A DNA stretch of 64,000 nucleotides from a virus. The notes beneath the pieces were generated by a model that was not told the origin of the DNA, did not search any database, and was given only the letters and a program-made list of their open reading frames with translations. Below, in pieces: positions 36,307-45,012 of the stretch (position 1 is its first letter; every line of letters starts with the position of its first letter). The stretch lies in IMG/VR virus record IMGVR_UViG_3300048592_000244, positions 1 through 64,000 of that record. One strand, written 5' to 3'. A program made the position numbers and the translations under genes.

Positions 36307-36746
36307 AGTACGTGATGATTTTCCTGATTGCTCTGCTGGCGTGTGCGTGTGACGCCCAGATCGTCGTGAACGGCAACCCTCCTGATGGCTCGGCGGGGAA
36401 AAGCTATAGCACGACGTTCACAGCCAGCGGCGGCACGGCACCGTACACCTACTTCGTCACCAACCCGCCTGACTTCCTCAGCATGGACACGAACACCGGC
36501 GTGCTGAGTGGGACGCTTCAAGCGCCGGTCATAGGTGACATCTACACGTTCACCGTCACGGCCTTTGACGCCACAATGGCTCATGGTCAGTCGAATTTCA
36601 CCATCACCGTGAGTACGTCCAGTGGTGGAAAATCTGGTAGCGACAACGGCGGCTGCACGGCAGCGCGTGGAACTGGACTGCGTTGGCTGCTGGTAGCAGC
36701 ACTCGGTCTTCTTCTCGTCCGCCAACGGAAGAAGACATGCGGGTAG
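36303..36746 (+). CDS. secreted putative Ig-domain protein with MYXO-CTERM-like C-terminal sorting signal
   Basis: Signal peptide MKYVMIFLIALLACAC; Ig domain PDGSAGKSYSTTFTASGGTAPYTY...TGVLSGT...YTFTVTA; SGGKSGSDNGGC + TM helix + RQRKK. Confidence 0.8.
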   Translation: MKYVMIFLIALLACACDAQIVVNGNPPDGSAGKSYSTTFTASGGTAPYTYFVTNPPDFLSMDTNTGVLSGTLQAPVIGDIYTFTVTAFDATMAHGQSNFTITVSTSSGGKSGSDNGGCTAARGTGLRWLLVAALGLLLVRQRKKTCG

Positions 36747-37084
36747 AATGTACCGATCCGAACTGCTACGGCTTCAAGCGCCCTGTTCTCCCTCTAGGCC
36801 GGGACAGGGCGCTTCACATTCTACGCTGCCATGACGGCGATCAGATCATGCAGGTGGTGGACATCGACCCTGACGGCAGTGTGGGTGAAGCCTGCATTGC
36901 CCGGATGCTGAAATTGATGGATGATCTGGAAGCGATGGGCGGGAAGATGTACTACACCTCAGCCAAGTACCGCAGAGTATTTTCTGCAATGCAGTCCGAG
37001 TGCGAGCATGACATCCAGCAGTTGAGCATCGCTGCCAAGGAGAAAGCATGTGGAAATTCATCCGAGTCTGCTGGGGCCGAATAA
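36737..37084 (+). CDS. hypothetical protein
   Basis: ATG 36737 in frame with ORF 36683. Confidence 0.55.
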   Translation: MRVECTDPNCYGFKRPVLPLGRDRALHILRCHDGDQIMQVVDIDPDGSVGEACIARMLKLMDDLEAMGGKMYYTSAKYRRVFSAMQSECEHDIQQLSIAAKEKACGNSSESAGAE

Positions 37085-37257
37085 TCCTCTGGCTGGGGGA
37101 CTGCCCCTACTGCTACAGCAAACCCGCTCACAAGCATTCCTGCCCTGTGTGTTTGGGTGAAAAGGTGGGTGACAAGCACGCGTACCGCGACTATAACTGG
37201 AAGACACGGCTCTGGAGGAGGTTCAGAGCACACATTGACAGCGATTACGGACGCTAA
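37048..37257 (+). CDS. small Cys-rich protein
   Basis: CPYC...CPVC; AAGGAG RBS. Confidence 0.6.
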   Translation: MWKFIRVCWGRIILWLGDCPYCYSKPAHKHSCPVCLGEKVGDKHAYRDYNWKTRLWRRFRAHIDSDYGR

Positions 37258-37295
37258 TCCGTAGATACCACAGAACCTTTCAAGGAGTGAACGTC

Positions 37296-37646
37296 ATGGC
37301 AGGAATGCAACCACAGGCAGCGCCCGCTGCGGCTCCCGCTGCGGCCCCAATGGGCGGTGGCATGGGACCGACCGGCCCGATGCCCGGCGCACAGGCCAAG
37401 CAGCAGATCGAGGAGAACGCGAACATCGCCATTCAGGGCGGTATCGCAGCAGCGGAAGCAGCCAAGGCTGCCCCTGACGTTCCCCCGGAAGCTGCGGCCA
37501 AGATCGAAGAAGGCGTGATGATGATAAACGAGGGCAAGCAGGAAGCCCTCGCACCAGCCGCGCCCACAGACGCTGGCAGCAAGCCCGGCAACCCCGTAGA
37601 GGGCACCGGCGCTCAGGCCAGCGGCACCAAGGAAGGCGGCGAGTAG
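37296..37646 (+). CDS. Ala/Pro/Gly-rich small protein, probable paralog of 17944..18246
   Basis: AAGGAG RBS; CGTAGATA upstream; ends GGE. Confidence 0.75.
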   Translation: MAGMQPQAAPAAAPAAAPMGGGMGPTGPMPGAQAKQQIEENANIAIQGGIAAAEAAKAAPDVPPEAAAKIEEGVMMINEGKQEALAPAAPTDAGSKPGNPVEGTGAQASGTKEGGE

Positions 37647-37680
37647 CCACAAGACACGCAGCCCATCCAGAAGTAAAGTG

Positions 37681-37712
37681 ACGGCAGGCGGGAATATCCT
37701 GCCTGCCGTTTT
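37681..37712 (+). terminator. Rho-independent terminator
   Basis: ACGGCAGGC/GCCTGCCGT plus T-tract. Confidence 0.7.
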
Positions 37713-37727
37713 CCGTAGGAGAGCCCA

Positions 37728-39959
37728 ATGCCCGGCATCAACCCAACAGGCATCGCCTTCGCTCAGGAACTCCGTGTGGCGTTCCAGTACAGCCGCTTCA
37801 TTGATGAGTTGAGCAAGAGCATCGCCAGCGACGGGACGTACCAGTCCAGCAACAACACCTTCCGTGATCCCACGTACATCGTGAAGGACAAGGAGGGCAA
37901 CATCAAACGGTACTGGCGCTCACCGCAGGATGCAGCCCGACAGGCGAAGTACGAGAAGTACATGCGGATATTGCTGGAGGGCTTGGACTTCCTCAAGCCT
38001 CAGTGGTATCAGGCACGCCAGTACACGGACACCTCGCATCAGGCTGTCTACCAAGGCTACAATTTCCTCACCCTCATCAGTGAGGCATTCGCTGACCTGA
38101 CGTGCGGTGGTGGTGTCGAGATCAAGACCGGCATCGAGTCCATCGACAAGCTGCTGACTGAGCAGCTTCGCTTCGAGGACAAAATCTACGAATGGATTTT
38201 CGAGGCCAGCGTGTTCGAGTTCGTGGGCGTGCAGGTCGTCACCCACGACGATTCCGGTGTGCTGGAAATTCAGCGCGTTCTGCCTCACTTCCTCTATCCG
38301 ATGTTCCCGAAGAACAAGGAGAACGAGCCCGTCTGCATCAGCAAGAAGGTGTGGATGCAGAAGGAGGACATCTCCGAGTGGCAGCAGATCAGGCCGGAGA
38401 ACACCAGCGACAAGATCGACCTCAACGGTGTGAAATTCGATGGCTTCGTGTTCGAGGAGCGTCACTTCAAGGGCATGGTAGAGAACTACCTGTGGGCTGT
38501 GCATGGCAATCAGATCGTCACACGCGTAGACCTGAAATTCTACGACCCGAACCTCGACGCTGTGTCCCTCACTGGCCTGCCTGACTTCGCAATCAAGCTG
38601 ATCCCCAACAAGGTGATGGTGGGGAAATTCATCAGCGATTGGGACAACATCATCGACATCAACCTGAACTTCAATGACCGCGCAAGCCGTGCAGGCGACC
38701 TGTTGAACCAGTACGCCGAGCCTCAGCTTGTCATCAACGACAGTCAGGCGACCTACGACCCGGCTACGGGCAAGGTCCATTACCGGCGTCCTCGTGGTGG
38801 CGTGATAATGATGCGCCCGCAGGACAGGCACCAGCCGAATTTCATGCAGCCGGGTGTGGACACAGCAGGCACGGAGAACAACCTCAAGTTCCTGCTCGAC
38901 ATGCTGTCCACTCACTCACAGGCTGCTGCTGTGCTGCTGAACCCAGAGGCACAGGGCAACATCGAGAGCGGTGTGGCCTACAAGCTGAAATTGACGCCCA
39001 CGCTCAAGAAGATCGCACGCAGGAAGACTCAGCAGGAAATTGCCGTGAAGGGCCTGATCCTGAACATCCTCGCGGCCATCAACTTCTACCACGACAAGGA
39101 ACTCATCACCCGTGAGTTGGAGGAGCGCGTCAACTCGTCAGACGACATGACCATGCGTACCCGCTGTGAGGATGCACTGGCCAAGATCAATCAGGGCTCG
39201 GTACTGATCTCGCTGGAGTCGTTCGACGACTATTTCTCCAAGCTGGATGTGTTCAACGACAACCCCTACGGCATTTTCATCAGCGACCCTGCACAGGCGA
39301 CCACCGGCGACCAGTTGCAGTACCTCGCTGACGGAGACCTGCTGACGGCCATCGAGAACAAGCGCACTGAGGTGATGGAATATCTCCGGCTGGATGACAT
39401 CCAAGTCGAGATGACTCCTTCCATGCCGCAGGATATTGCGCAGGCTCTTGAGCGCCTTGGTGGCCAGAAGTCCATGAGCCTGAAACGCTACCTCATGGAA
39501 TTCGACGGCTTCACTGAGGAGCAAGCCGAGGAGGAAATTCAGCGCATCATGGACGAGGACCGTGAGGTGATGGCTCAGGGCATCAGCGATTCATCCGTCA
39601 TGCTCAACCCGCGTGGTGGGTTGCAGCAGGCCATCCTCGACTTCGGTCAGACCGATCACCAGCATGAAGTGTTGCTGGACGCAGAGGGCAACGGAATTTC
39701 CGAGCGTGCTCCTGATGGCCACAACCACCGGGTACTCAACGGGCAGGCGCTCATGGAAATGGGCCACACTCACCCTGTGGTTTTCCAGCAGGAGCAGAAC
39801 ACACAGCCTGAGCCGATGATGGCCGGGGCTGGCATGGCACCAAGCAATCAGAACGTCGGAGCCGCAGGAATGAGCCCCGGCGCACCCAGCCAGACTAACC
39901 TACAGAGCACAGCGATAGCTGCTGGCACGACTCCTCAACCCGTTGGTGGGTTCAGGTAG
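37728..39959 (+). CDS. portal protein (SPP1-like) with His-rich and low-complexity C-terminal extension
   Basis: 743 aa downstream of terL; ESGVAYKLKL portal motif; EEAEEEIQRI-type C-terminal helix. Confidence 0.85.
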   Translation: MPGINPTGIAFAQELRVAFQYSRFIDELSKSIASDGTYQSSNNTFRDPTYIVKDKEGNIKRYWRSPQDAARQAKYEKYMRILLEGLDFLKPQWYQARQYTDTSHQAVYQGYNFLTLISEAFADLTCGGGVEIKTGIESIDKLLTEQLRFEDKIYEWIFEASVFEFVGVQVVTHDDSGVLEIQRVLPHFLYPMFPKNKENEPVCISKKVWMQKEDISEWQQIRPENTSDKIDLNGVKFDGFVFEERHFKGMVENYLWAVHGNQIVTRVDLKFYDPNLDAVSLTGLPDFAIKLIPNKVMVGKFISDWDNIIDINLNFNDRASRAGDLLNQYAEPQLVINDSQATYDPATGKVHYRRPRGGVIMMRPQDRHQPNFMQPGVDTAGTENNLKFLLDMLSTHSQAAAVLLNPEAQGNIESGVAYKLKLTPTLKKIARRKTQQEIAVKGLILNILAAINFYHDKELITRELEERVNSSDDMTMRTRCEDALAKINQGSVLISLESFDDYFSKLDVFNDNPYGIFISDPAQATTGDQLQYLADGDLLTAIENKRTEVMEYLRLDDIQVEMTPSMPQDIAQALERLGGQKSMSLKRYLMEFDGFTEEQAEEEIQRIMDEDREVMAQGISDSSVMLNPRGGLQQAILDFGQTDHQHEVLLDAEGNGISERAPDGHNHRVLNGQALMEMGHTHPVVFQQEQNTQPEPMMAGAGMAPSNQNVGAAGMSPGAPSQTNLQSTAIAAGTTPQPVGGFR

Positions 39960-40005
39960 GGTGTCAACTCGTAGATACAGCAGGAACGCACACGGAGAGT
40001 AGAAC

Positions 40006-41484
40006 ATGGCCTTTGACCTGACACTTGCACGCGGTGGATTCGGCGAGCCCTGCGACAGCCCTGTGGCTGACTACCGCCAGTTTTACCAGATGTACGTGTC
40101 CGTGGATGCACGGTCCAACCCGGCTACGCAGACGAACTGGTTGAATGCGCTGGGTGCTATCTTCGGCACCACCATCGACACCTACGCACACTGGTCGAAG
40201 ATGGACAAGCACGCTCGTCGGCGTGTGCTGGAATACGCTCGCTGCCAGATCGAGGTGAACGTGTGGTCGTTCATGGCCCTCGGTCCTCGCCCGCCTGAGC
40301 AGTTCCTGATCGACTCACACCAGAGCGGGAATTTCCTGCGCAAGCCTCAGCGTGAGGTGGACGCCATCATCATGCGCTCCGAGTTCAACCACATCACTGA
40401 GCGCGGGGATGACCCGGCGCTGGCTGCCATCGCACTCACAGCCCTTGGCCTGCCCAGCACTCCGCTGGCGCTATTCAAGGATTGGGATGCGACCACGGCT
40501 CGTGCTGTGCTGAGTTTCCTGCGCATCTACGGCTCGGCCTACGAGAGCATCGTCAACGCCGACGACAACGAACTGGATTATCAGGACGTTGCCACGGGCG
40601 CACGCTTCTCCGCAGCCAGCCGCCATGACGCGACCTTCATGGACTTCATGGAATTTCACTCATGGCTGGCAGAGGCGACCTTCTGGCACGTCTCGCCCAC
40701 CGACCTGTTTGACGAGATCACGCAGACGGAAGTCGGCGTGGATGCGCTGGACGCCACGCAGGCAGAGGCGCTGGAATTGTTCAGCCTGCTTCGCGGCGTA
40801 GGTCAGGTTGCTGGCAAGCAGCGTCACATGGACATGCCCAAGGCGATTTACTTCGCCCAGCTTTCCGCCTACGGCTACCTGCCGTCGATGGACGTCCTGC
40901 TGTTCGGCCTGACGGAAAACATCGCTCTGCGCGATCTGGACGGCAACGTCATCGCCGGTCGCGTCTACATGCGAGCGCAGGCACCGATCAACGGCTCACA
41001 CCCGCAGCGCGACACATGGGTGAACACCGGCGCACAGGTCTTCGAGATGGTGGTCGAGGTGCCTGCCGGGCAGACGCCGGATCACATCGAAGCTGTGGTG
41101 GACGTGCTCCAGCCGAGCGCAGGCACACGCTGGTTCAATTTCAGCGGGCCAGCCGCCGTGGACGCCGACACATTCACCATGACGCCTGTGGTGGACGTTG
41201 CAGGAAAAACCCGCTGGACAATCGACGCCACCAAGGCAGCGAAGTGGGCCGCTGGTGAAAACATCATCGGTGAGTTCGTGCTCGCGCAGGGACCGCACCT
41301 CAAGATGTCTCCTGCCAACGGCATCCCCGTGGAGAACGTCAGCCTGCTGGTAGAGGACGGCGCGTCCGACGAATCCGCTCTCTACAGCGTGGTGCCGAGC
41401 CGCGTGCTGACCGGGCTGGAAATGCCGCCCACACGCACGCCTGTCTTCGCGCAGCGAGCGTCAGGTACACTCGACAACCTGTAG
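40006..41484 (+). CDS. putative virion structural protein
   Basis: 492 aa after portal, CGTAGATA upstream, beta-rich C-terminal third. Confidence 0.65.
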   Translation: MAFDLTLARGGFGEPCDSPVADYRQFYQMYVSVDARSNPATQTNWLNALGAIFGTTIDTYAHWSKMDKHARRRVLEYARCQIEVNVWSFMALGPRPPEQFLIDSHQSGNFLRKPQREVDAIIMRSEFNHITERGDDPALAAIALTALGLPSTPLALFKDWDATTARAVLSFLRIYGSAYESIVNADDNELDYQDVATGARFSAASRHDATFMDFMEFHSWLAEATFWHVSPTDLFDEITQTEVGVDALDATQAEALELFSLLRGVGQVAGKQRHMDMPKAIYFAQLSAYGYLPSMDVLLFGLTENIALRDLDGNVIAGRVYMRAQAPINGSHPQRDTWVNTGAQVFEMVVEVPAGQTPDHIEAVVDVLQPSAGTRWFNFSGPAAVDADTFTMTPVVDVAGKTRWTIDATKAAKWAAGENIIGEFVLAQGPHLKMSPANGIPVENVSLLVEDGASDESALYSVVPSRVLTGLEMPPTRTPVFAQRASGTLDNL

Positions 41485-41499
41485 CCGGGTAGCTTGAGA

Positions 41500-41519
41500 C
41501 CGGGGGCTTCGGCCCCCGG
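41500..41519 (+). terminator. stem-loop with TTCG tetraloop
   Basis: CCGGGGGC TTCG GCCCCCGG. Confidence 0.65.
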
Positions 41520-41539
41520 AGTTGTACTGAGGGAAATTC

Positions 41540-41692
41540 ATGCCGCTGCAATCTGGTAAATCCAAAGAGGCCATCAAGAACAACATCAGGAAACTGATGC
41601 ACGAGGGCTACCCGCAGAAGCAAGCGATAGCCATAGCTTTCAGCAACGCGGGGTTATCCCGCAAGAAGGACGGCAAGAAGAAGAAGGACTGA
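41540..41692 (+). CDS. small basic conserved phage protein (50 aa, not in ORF track)
   Basis: MPLQSGKSKEAIKNNIRKLMHEGYPQKQAIAIAFS..., matching the widespread MPLxxGKS...QAxAIA phage family. Confidence 0.8.
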   Translation: MPLQSGKSKEAIKNNIRKLMHEGYPQKQAIAIAFSNAGLSRKKDGKKKKD

Positions 41693-41693
41693 C

Positions 41694-42014
41694 ATGCTCT
41701 ACATCTTGATGATCCTACTTGAGACAGAAGCCTACTCCGGCCCGTGGGGTGAACTCACCGTGGGCGGTATTCTCATGGCTGGTCTGGTCGTGGTGTGGCG
41801 GGTGAACACCAAGATGGCCGAGCAGAATGAGAAGCTCCATGTCCGCATTGCGGAAATTCAGGAGGAGCGAGCCAAGGCTGCTGTGGTAGAAACCAAAGCC
41901 ATAACTGAGGCGCTCAATGCCAGCACCGAGGCCATGAAGTCTATGACCTCTGCTGTGAAGAATAACAACGCCCTGTTGGAAAGGCTCATCAATGCGCAAA
42001 ACAACGCTGCTTGA
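41694..42014 (+). CDS. membrane protein with coiled coil (holin-like)
   Basis: TM LTVGGILMAGLVVVW followed by coiled coil. Confidence 0.6.
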   Translation: MLYILMILLETEAYSGPWGELTVGGILMAGLVVVWRVNTKMAEQNEKLHVRIAEIQEERAKAAVVETKAITEALNASTEAMKSMTSAVKNNNALLERLINAQNNAA

Positions 42015-42228
42015 CCGGGTAGTGAAGTTTGTGACGGGCCGGACACCCGGACTGGCCAAGGAAAATGAGGCAACGTGCAAACGCTCCTCTGACCAGATTG
42101 ACGCGTCCGGCAAGGAACGATATAGCGCCAGCGTGAATTTCCGCAAGGCGCAGCACGAGTTGAAGGACGAGATCGACAAGAACGTGACGTTGAACGAGAG
42201 CGTGTTCATCAAGCCGCAGAAGGCGTAG
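41992..42228 (+). CDS. hypothetical protein
   Basis: 78 aa, overlaps upstream gene. Confidence 0.5.
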   Translation: MRKTTLLDRVVKFVTGRTPGLAKENEATCKRSSDQIDASGKERYSASVNFRKAQHELKDEIDKNVTLNESVFIKPQKA

Positions 42229-42231
42229 TAC

Positions 42232-42690
42232 ATGGCCATGACGCCACAGGAGAGGAAGGAAGCTGCGCGGATCGAAGATGATCTGCGCAGTATGGCGTTG
42301 AGGATCAACGAGACCAAGCAGAAGATCGACGTAGCAGAGCAGGAAATTCGTGACTTGCAGAAGGCGATGAAGCCGAAGCAGGTGGCAGTACGACGCAGGC
42401 GGTTACAGGTGCTGTACGAGCGCCTGTCTGAAAAGAGCGTTACGAAGGCATCGACATCAGCGGCTCTTTCGGCAGCAGGCATGTCGAGTGTGGCATCAGA
42501 AATTGACGCGCTTGAGCGAGAGGTAGAATTGCTTGAGCGCATGAACACTAAGGAAATTCCCGGCAAGGTGCAGACCAAGCGAGCGCAGATACGTCTGGAA
42601 AAGCAGGTGCTGGAGCGGCTCTACTCGAAGATCAGGGAAAAGAGCAAACGCCTAGACCGGATCAAGCTGAAATTAGGAACAGAGGACTAA
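42232..42690 (+). CDS. basic coiled-coil protein
   Basis: Heptad-rich, K/R/E-rich. Confidence 0.7.
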   Translation: MAMTPQERKEAARIEDDLRSMALRINETKQKIDVAEQEIRDLQKAMKPKQVAVRRRRLQVLYERLSEKSVTKASTSAALSAAGMSSVASEIDALEREVELLERMNTKEIPGKVQTKRAQIRLEKQVLERLYSKIREKSKRLDRIKLKLGTED

Positions 42691-42692
42691 CC

Positions 42693-43127
42693 ATGAGCGC
42701 AGCATCTGAACTACGCGACGTACAGCGCAAACGCAGCGGGCTCAAGAAGCTGATCGCCGGGCACGTCCGTCTGGATAACCAAGGTCAGGCTGCTGAACTG
42801 GAGAAGGAATTCAACAAGCTCACCAATAAGATGCGTGAGCTTGAGCAGCAACTGCTTGAGGAGGAGCGCGAGGCAAAGGAGACAGCAGCACGCGTTGCCA
42901 AGGAAGCGGAAAAGAAAAAGAAGGACAAGAAGGCAGCCAACAATGAGTACGAGCGCCTGATGTCCAACGTCAAGGATGTCGAGGGCGCACTGTCTGACGT
43001 CCGCAAGGCCCTCTCCCGTGAGAAGGACGACAAGAAGAAGTCCAAGCTCTATCAGGAAGAAGGCAAGCTCAAGAAGCTGTGGTCCCGGCTGGTCATGGAG
43101 GCCAAGCACGCGAGGGACGGGAAATAA
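42693..43127 (+). CDS. basic coiled-coil protein
   Basis: Heptad-rich, GAGG RBS. Confidence 0.7.
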   Translation: MSAASELRDVQRKRSGLKKLIAGHVRLDNQGQAAELEKEFNKLTNKMRELEQQLLEEEREAKETAARVAKEAEKKKKDKKAANNEYERLMSNVKDVEGALSDVRKALSREKDDKKKSKLYQEEGKLKKLWSRLVMEAKHARDGK

Positions 43128-43199
43128 TTCCTCGACACCTTTCAGCCTAAAGCTACCATCTCCGTGTTGCCCTGACGGCTCAGGGGGAAATTACCGGAG

Positions 43200-43523
43200 A
43201 TGAAGATGAAACGCACCACACTGTTCCTGCTCCTCGTGTTCACAGCCTGCCTCGCGGTGGGCTGCTCGAACATTCAGGTCCAGCAGGACGTTGCCGAGCA
43301 GAACGAAGTCAACGTCAACCAAGCGGCGGAAGACGTCGTGACGATGGCCGACCTGCTCGACCGCGCTGCCAAGGGCGACGAAACTTGGAAGGAGGAATGG
43401 GACGATCCGAACACGACCGACCCGGACCTCAAGGGAGCTATTCGCGGCTCCATCACGGCGAACATCGCTGGATGGAAAAAGACCGCGAAGGAAATTGTGG
43501 AGATCGCCAAACTCAGTGAGTAG
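43200..43523 (+). CDS. lipoprotein (start may be 43206)
   Basis: MKRTTLFLLLVFTACLAVGC lipobox. Confidence 0.75.
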   Translation: MKMKRTTLFLLLVFTACLAVGCSNIQVQQDVAEQNEVNVNQAAEDVVTMADLLDRAAKGDETWKEEWDDPNTTDPDLKGAIRGSITANIAGWKKTAKEIVEIAKLSE

Positions 43524-43561
43524 CTGAGTAGCGACCACAGCGATTCTGAGGGAGAACCCAG

Positions 43562-44572
43562 ATGCCAGAGGACACGCCCAATGCAGAACAGCCAGAAGTC
43601 GCCGGAGCAGGAGGTGCGGGAGACGGTGAAGGAAGTCCGCCGCATCCAACAGAGCAGCCTGCCGGAGAGCAGCCTGCGCCTGACGCCGGAACAGGAAGCC
43701 CTGATTCGGGAGCAGATGGAGCAACCGACTCCGCAGCACCAGCCGGGGAGAGTGAACCCGGAGGCGTTGCCGGAGGAGGAACAGGAGGCGAGAGCCAGCC
43801 TGAACCGACGCCAGCGGAAGGCAGCGGACAAGAAGTTCCTGAAATCGCGGGGAGTGAAGAAACCCCGACTGCGGAAACTCCTGCGCCGGAATCCGCCCCG
43901 GTAGTTCCGCCGCCTCCACCGGCGACACCGCCCGTAGCAGCAGTGCCGACCGTGCCGATGGCGTCTGACGATCCGCGTAAGATGACCATGTTGGGTGCCG
44001 GACCCACGACACCTGATACACCACCGACCGAGGCACCATCCGACCCTACCACGCCGCCATCGTCCGACGTGCAGCCAGCGGTGGGGCTGCCTACCGAGAA
44101 CGAGAGCGACGAGAGCGATTCCGATGGTTTGAGTGACGAGGAAAAAAGCATCGGAGAAGAACTCACCGAACTCGGTGGCGAGGCGCTGGACAAGGCGAAG
44201 GAAATTGGGCGTGCCACGCTCAAGTCCGCGCTGAACGAGTCACGCGATTTCATCAAGACCGTGCTGAACAACAAGGACATGACCGAGGCGGAGAAGCACG
44301 AAGTCGCCCGGCTGTATCGCGCTGCCGAGAAGCACGCCCTGATGGGCAAGGTGGCCACAGCACACGCGATGGGCAAGCGTCTCGACAACTTCGTCAAGAG
44401 CAGCAGCAAGGTGCTCAAGAGCCAGAAGGCGCGGGCCTCACAGAATTATCTGACGGGCCTGCTCAAGCTCGCAACCGGCGCTGTGAGCACGTTCTTCGGT
44501 GCATTCGGCACCCCGCTGGTGGACAAGCTCACCGATATTGGCTTGAAAGCCACGGACGAGTTTTTACAGTAA
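43562..44572 (+). CDS. acidic Pro-rich protein with helical C-domain
   Basis: About 190-aa P/E/G/A-rich N-region, helical C-terminus with amphipathic segment. Confidence 0.75.
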   Translation: MPEDTPNAEQPEVAGAGGAGDGEGSPPHPTEQPAGEQPAPDAGTGSPDSGADGATDSAAPAGESEPGGVAGGGTGGESQPEPTPAEGSGQEVPEIAGSEETPTAETPAPESAPVVPPPPPATPPVAAVPTVPMASDDPRKMTMLGAGPTTPDTPPTEAPSDPTTPPSSDVQPAVGLPTENESDESDSDGLSDEEKSIGEELTELGGEALDKAKEIGRATLKSALNESRDFIKTVLNNKDMTEAEKHEVARLYRAAEKHALMGKVATAHAMGKRLDNFVKSSSKVLKSQKARASQNYLTGLLKLATGAVSTFFGAFGTPLVDKLTDIGLKATDEFLQ

Positions 44573-44623
44573 GGGCACGGACAGGAAAGTGATGGGTTCG
44601 CTCCCTGCTTCCTCATGGCTAAG

Positions 44624-44650
44624 GACGGCTGCTCTCGGGCAGCCGTCTTT
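44624..44650 (+). terminator. Rho-independent terminator
   Basis: GACGGCTGC/GCAGCCGTC plus TTT. Confidence 0.65.
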
Positions 44651-44676
44651 GCGTAGATAAGCCAAGGAGGCTTTAC

Positions 44677-44931
44677 ATGGACAAGCTCATCGAATTGGTT
44701 CCTGAGCGCCTGCGCTCACGCAAGCTGGCACTGACGTCGGTGCTGATGTACGTGCTCTCGCAACTACAGTCGTTCGGCATCGAGATTCCTGCGGAGACGC
44801 AGGCGTACTTGATCGCCGGTGCCGGTGGGCTCTACGTCACCGTGCAGGGTGTGCAGGACACGATTGAGAAGGCCATCAAGGCGTGGAAGGGCACGCCGAC
44901 CGAGCCAATCGTAGATACACCGGAAGGGTAG
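44677..44931 (+). CDS. putative holin
   Basis: RLRSRKL followed by two hydrophobic segments (SRK-type small phage holins); AAGGAGG RBS. Confidence 0.55.
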   Translation: MDKLIELVPERLRSRKLALTSVLMYVLSQLQSFGIEIPAETQAYLIAGAGGLYVTVQGVQDTIEKAIKAWKGTPTEPIVDTPEG

Positions 44932-44960
44932 CCACGGCACTGCACTTCCAATCTCCTGAT

Positions 44961-44998
44961 GACCCCGTTGGGAGTCGGTCCCCAGCGGGGTCTTCTTC
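44961..44998 (+). terminator. stem-loop/terminator
   Basis: GACCCCGTTGGG/CCCAGCGGGGTC plus TTCTTC. Confidence 0.55.
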
Positions 44999-45012
44999 TG
45001 TCTAGGGAGCAG

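Noticed and set aside
44573-44650. GGTTCG-containing structured gap resembling a tRNA
   Set aside because: No cloverleaf, acceptor stem or CCA; better explained as hairpins/terminator
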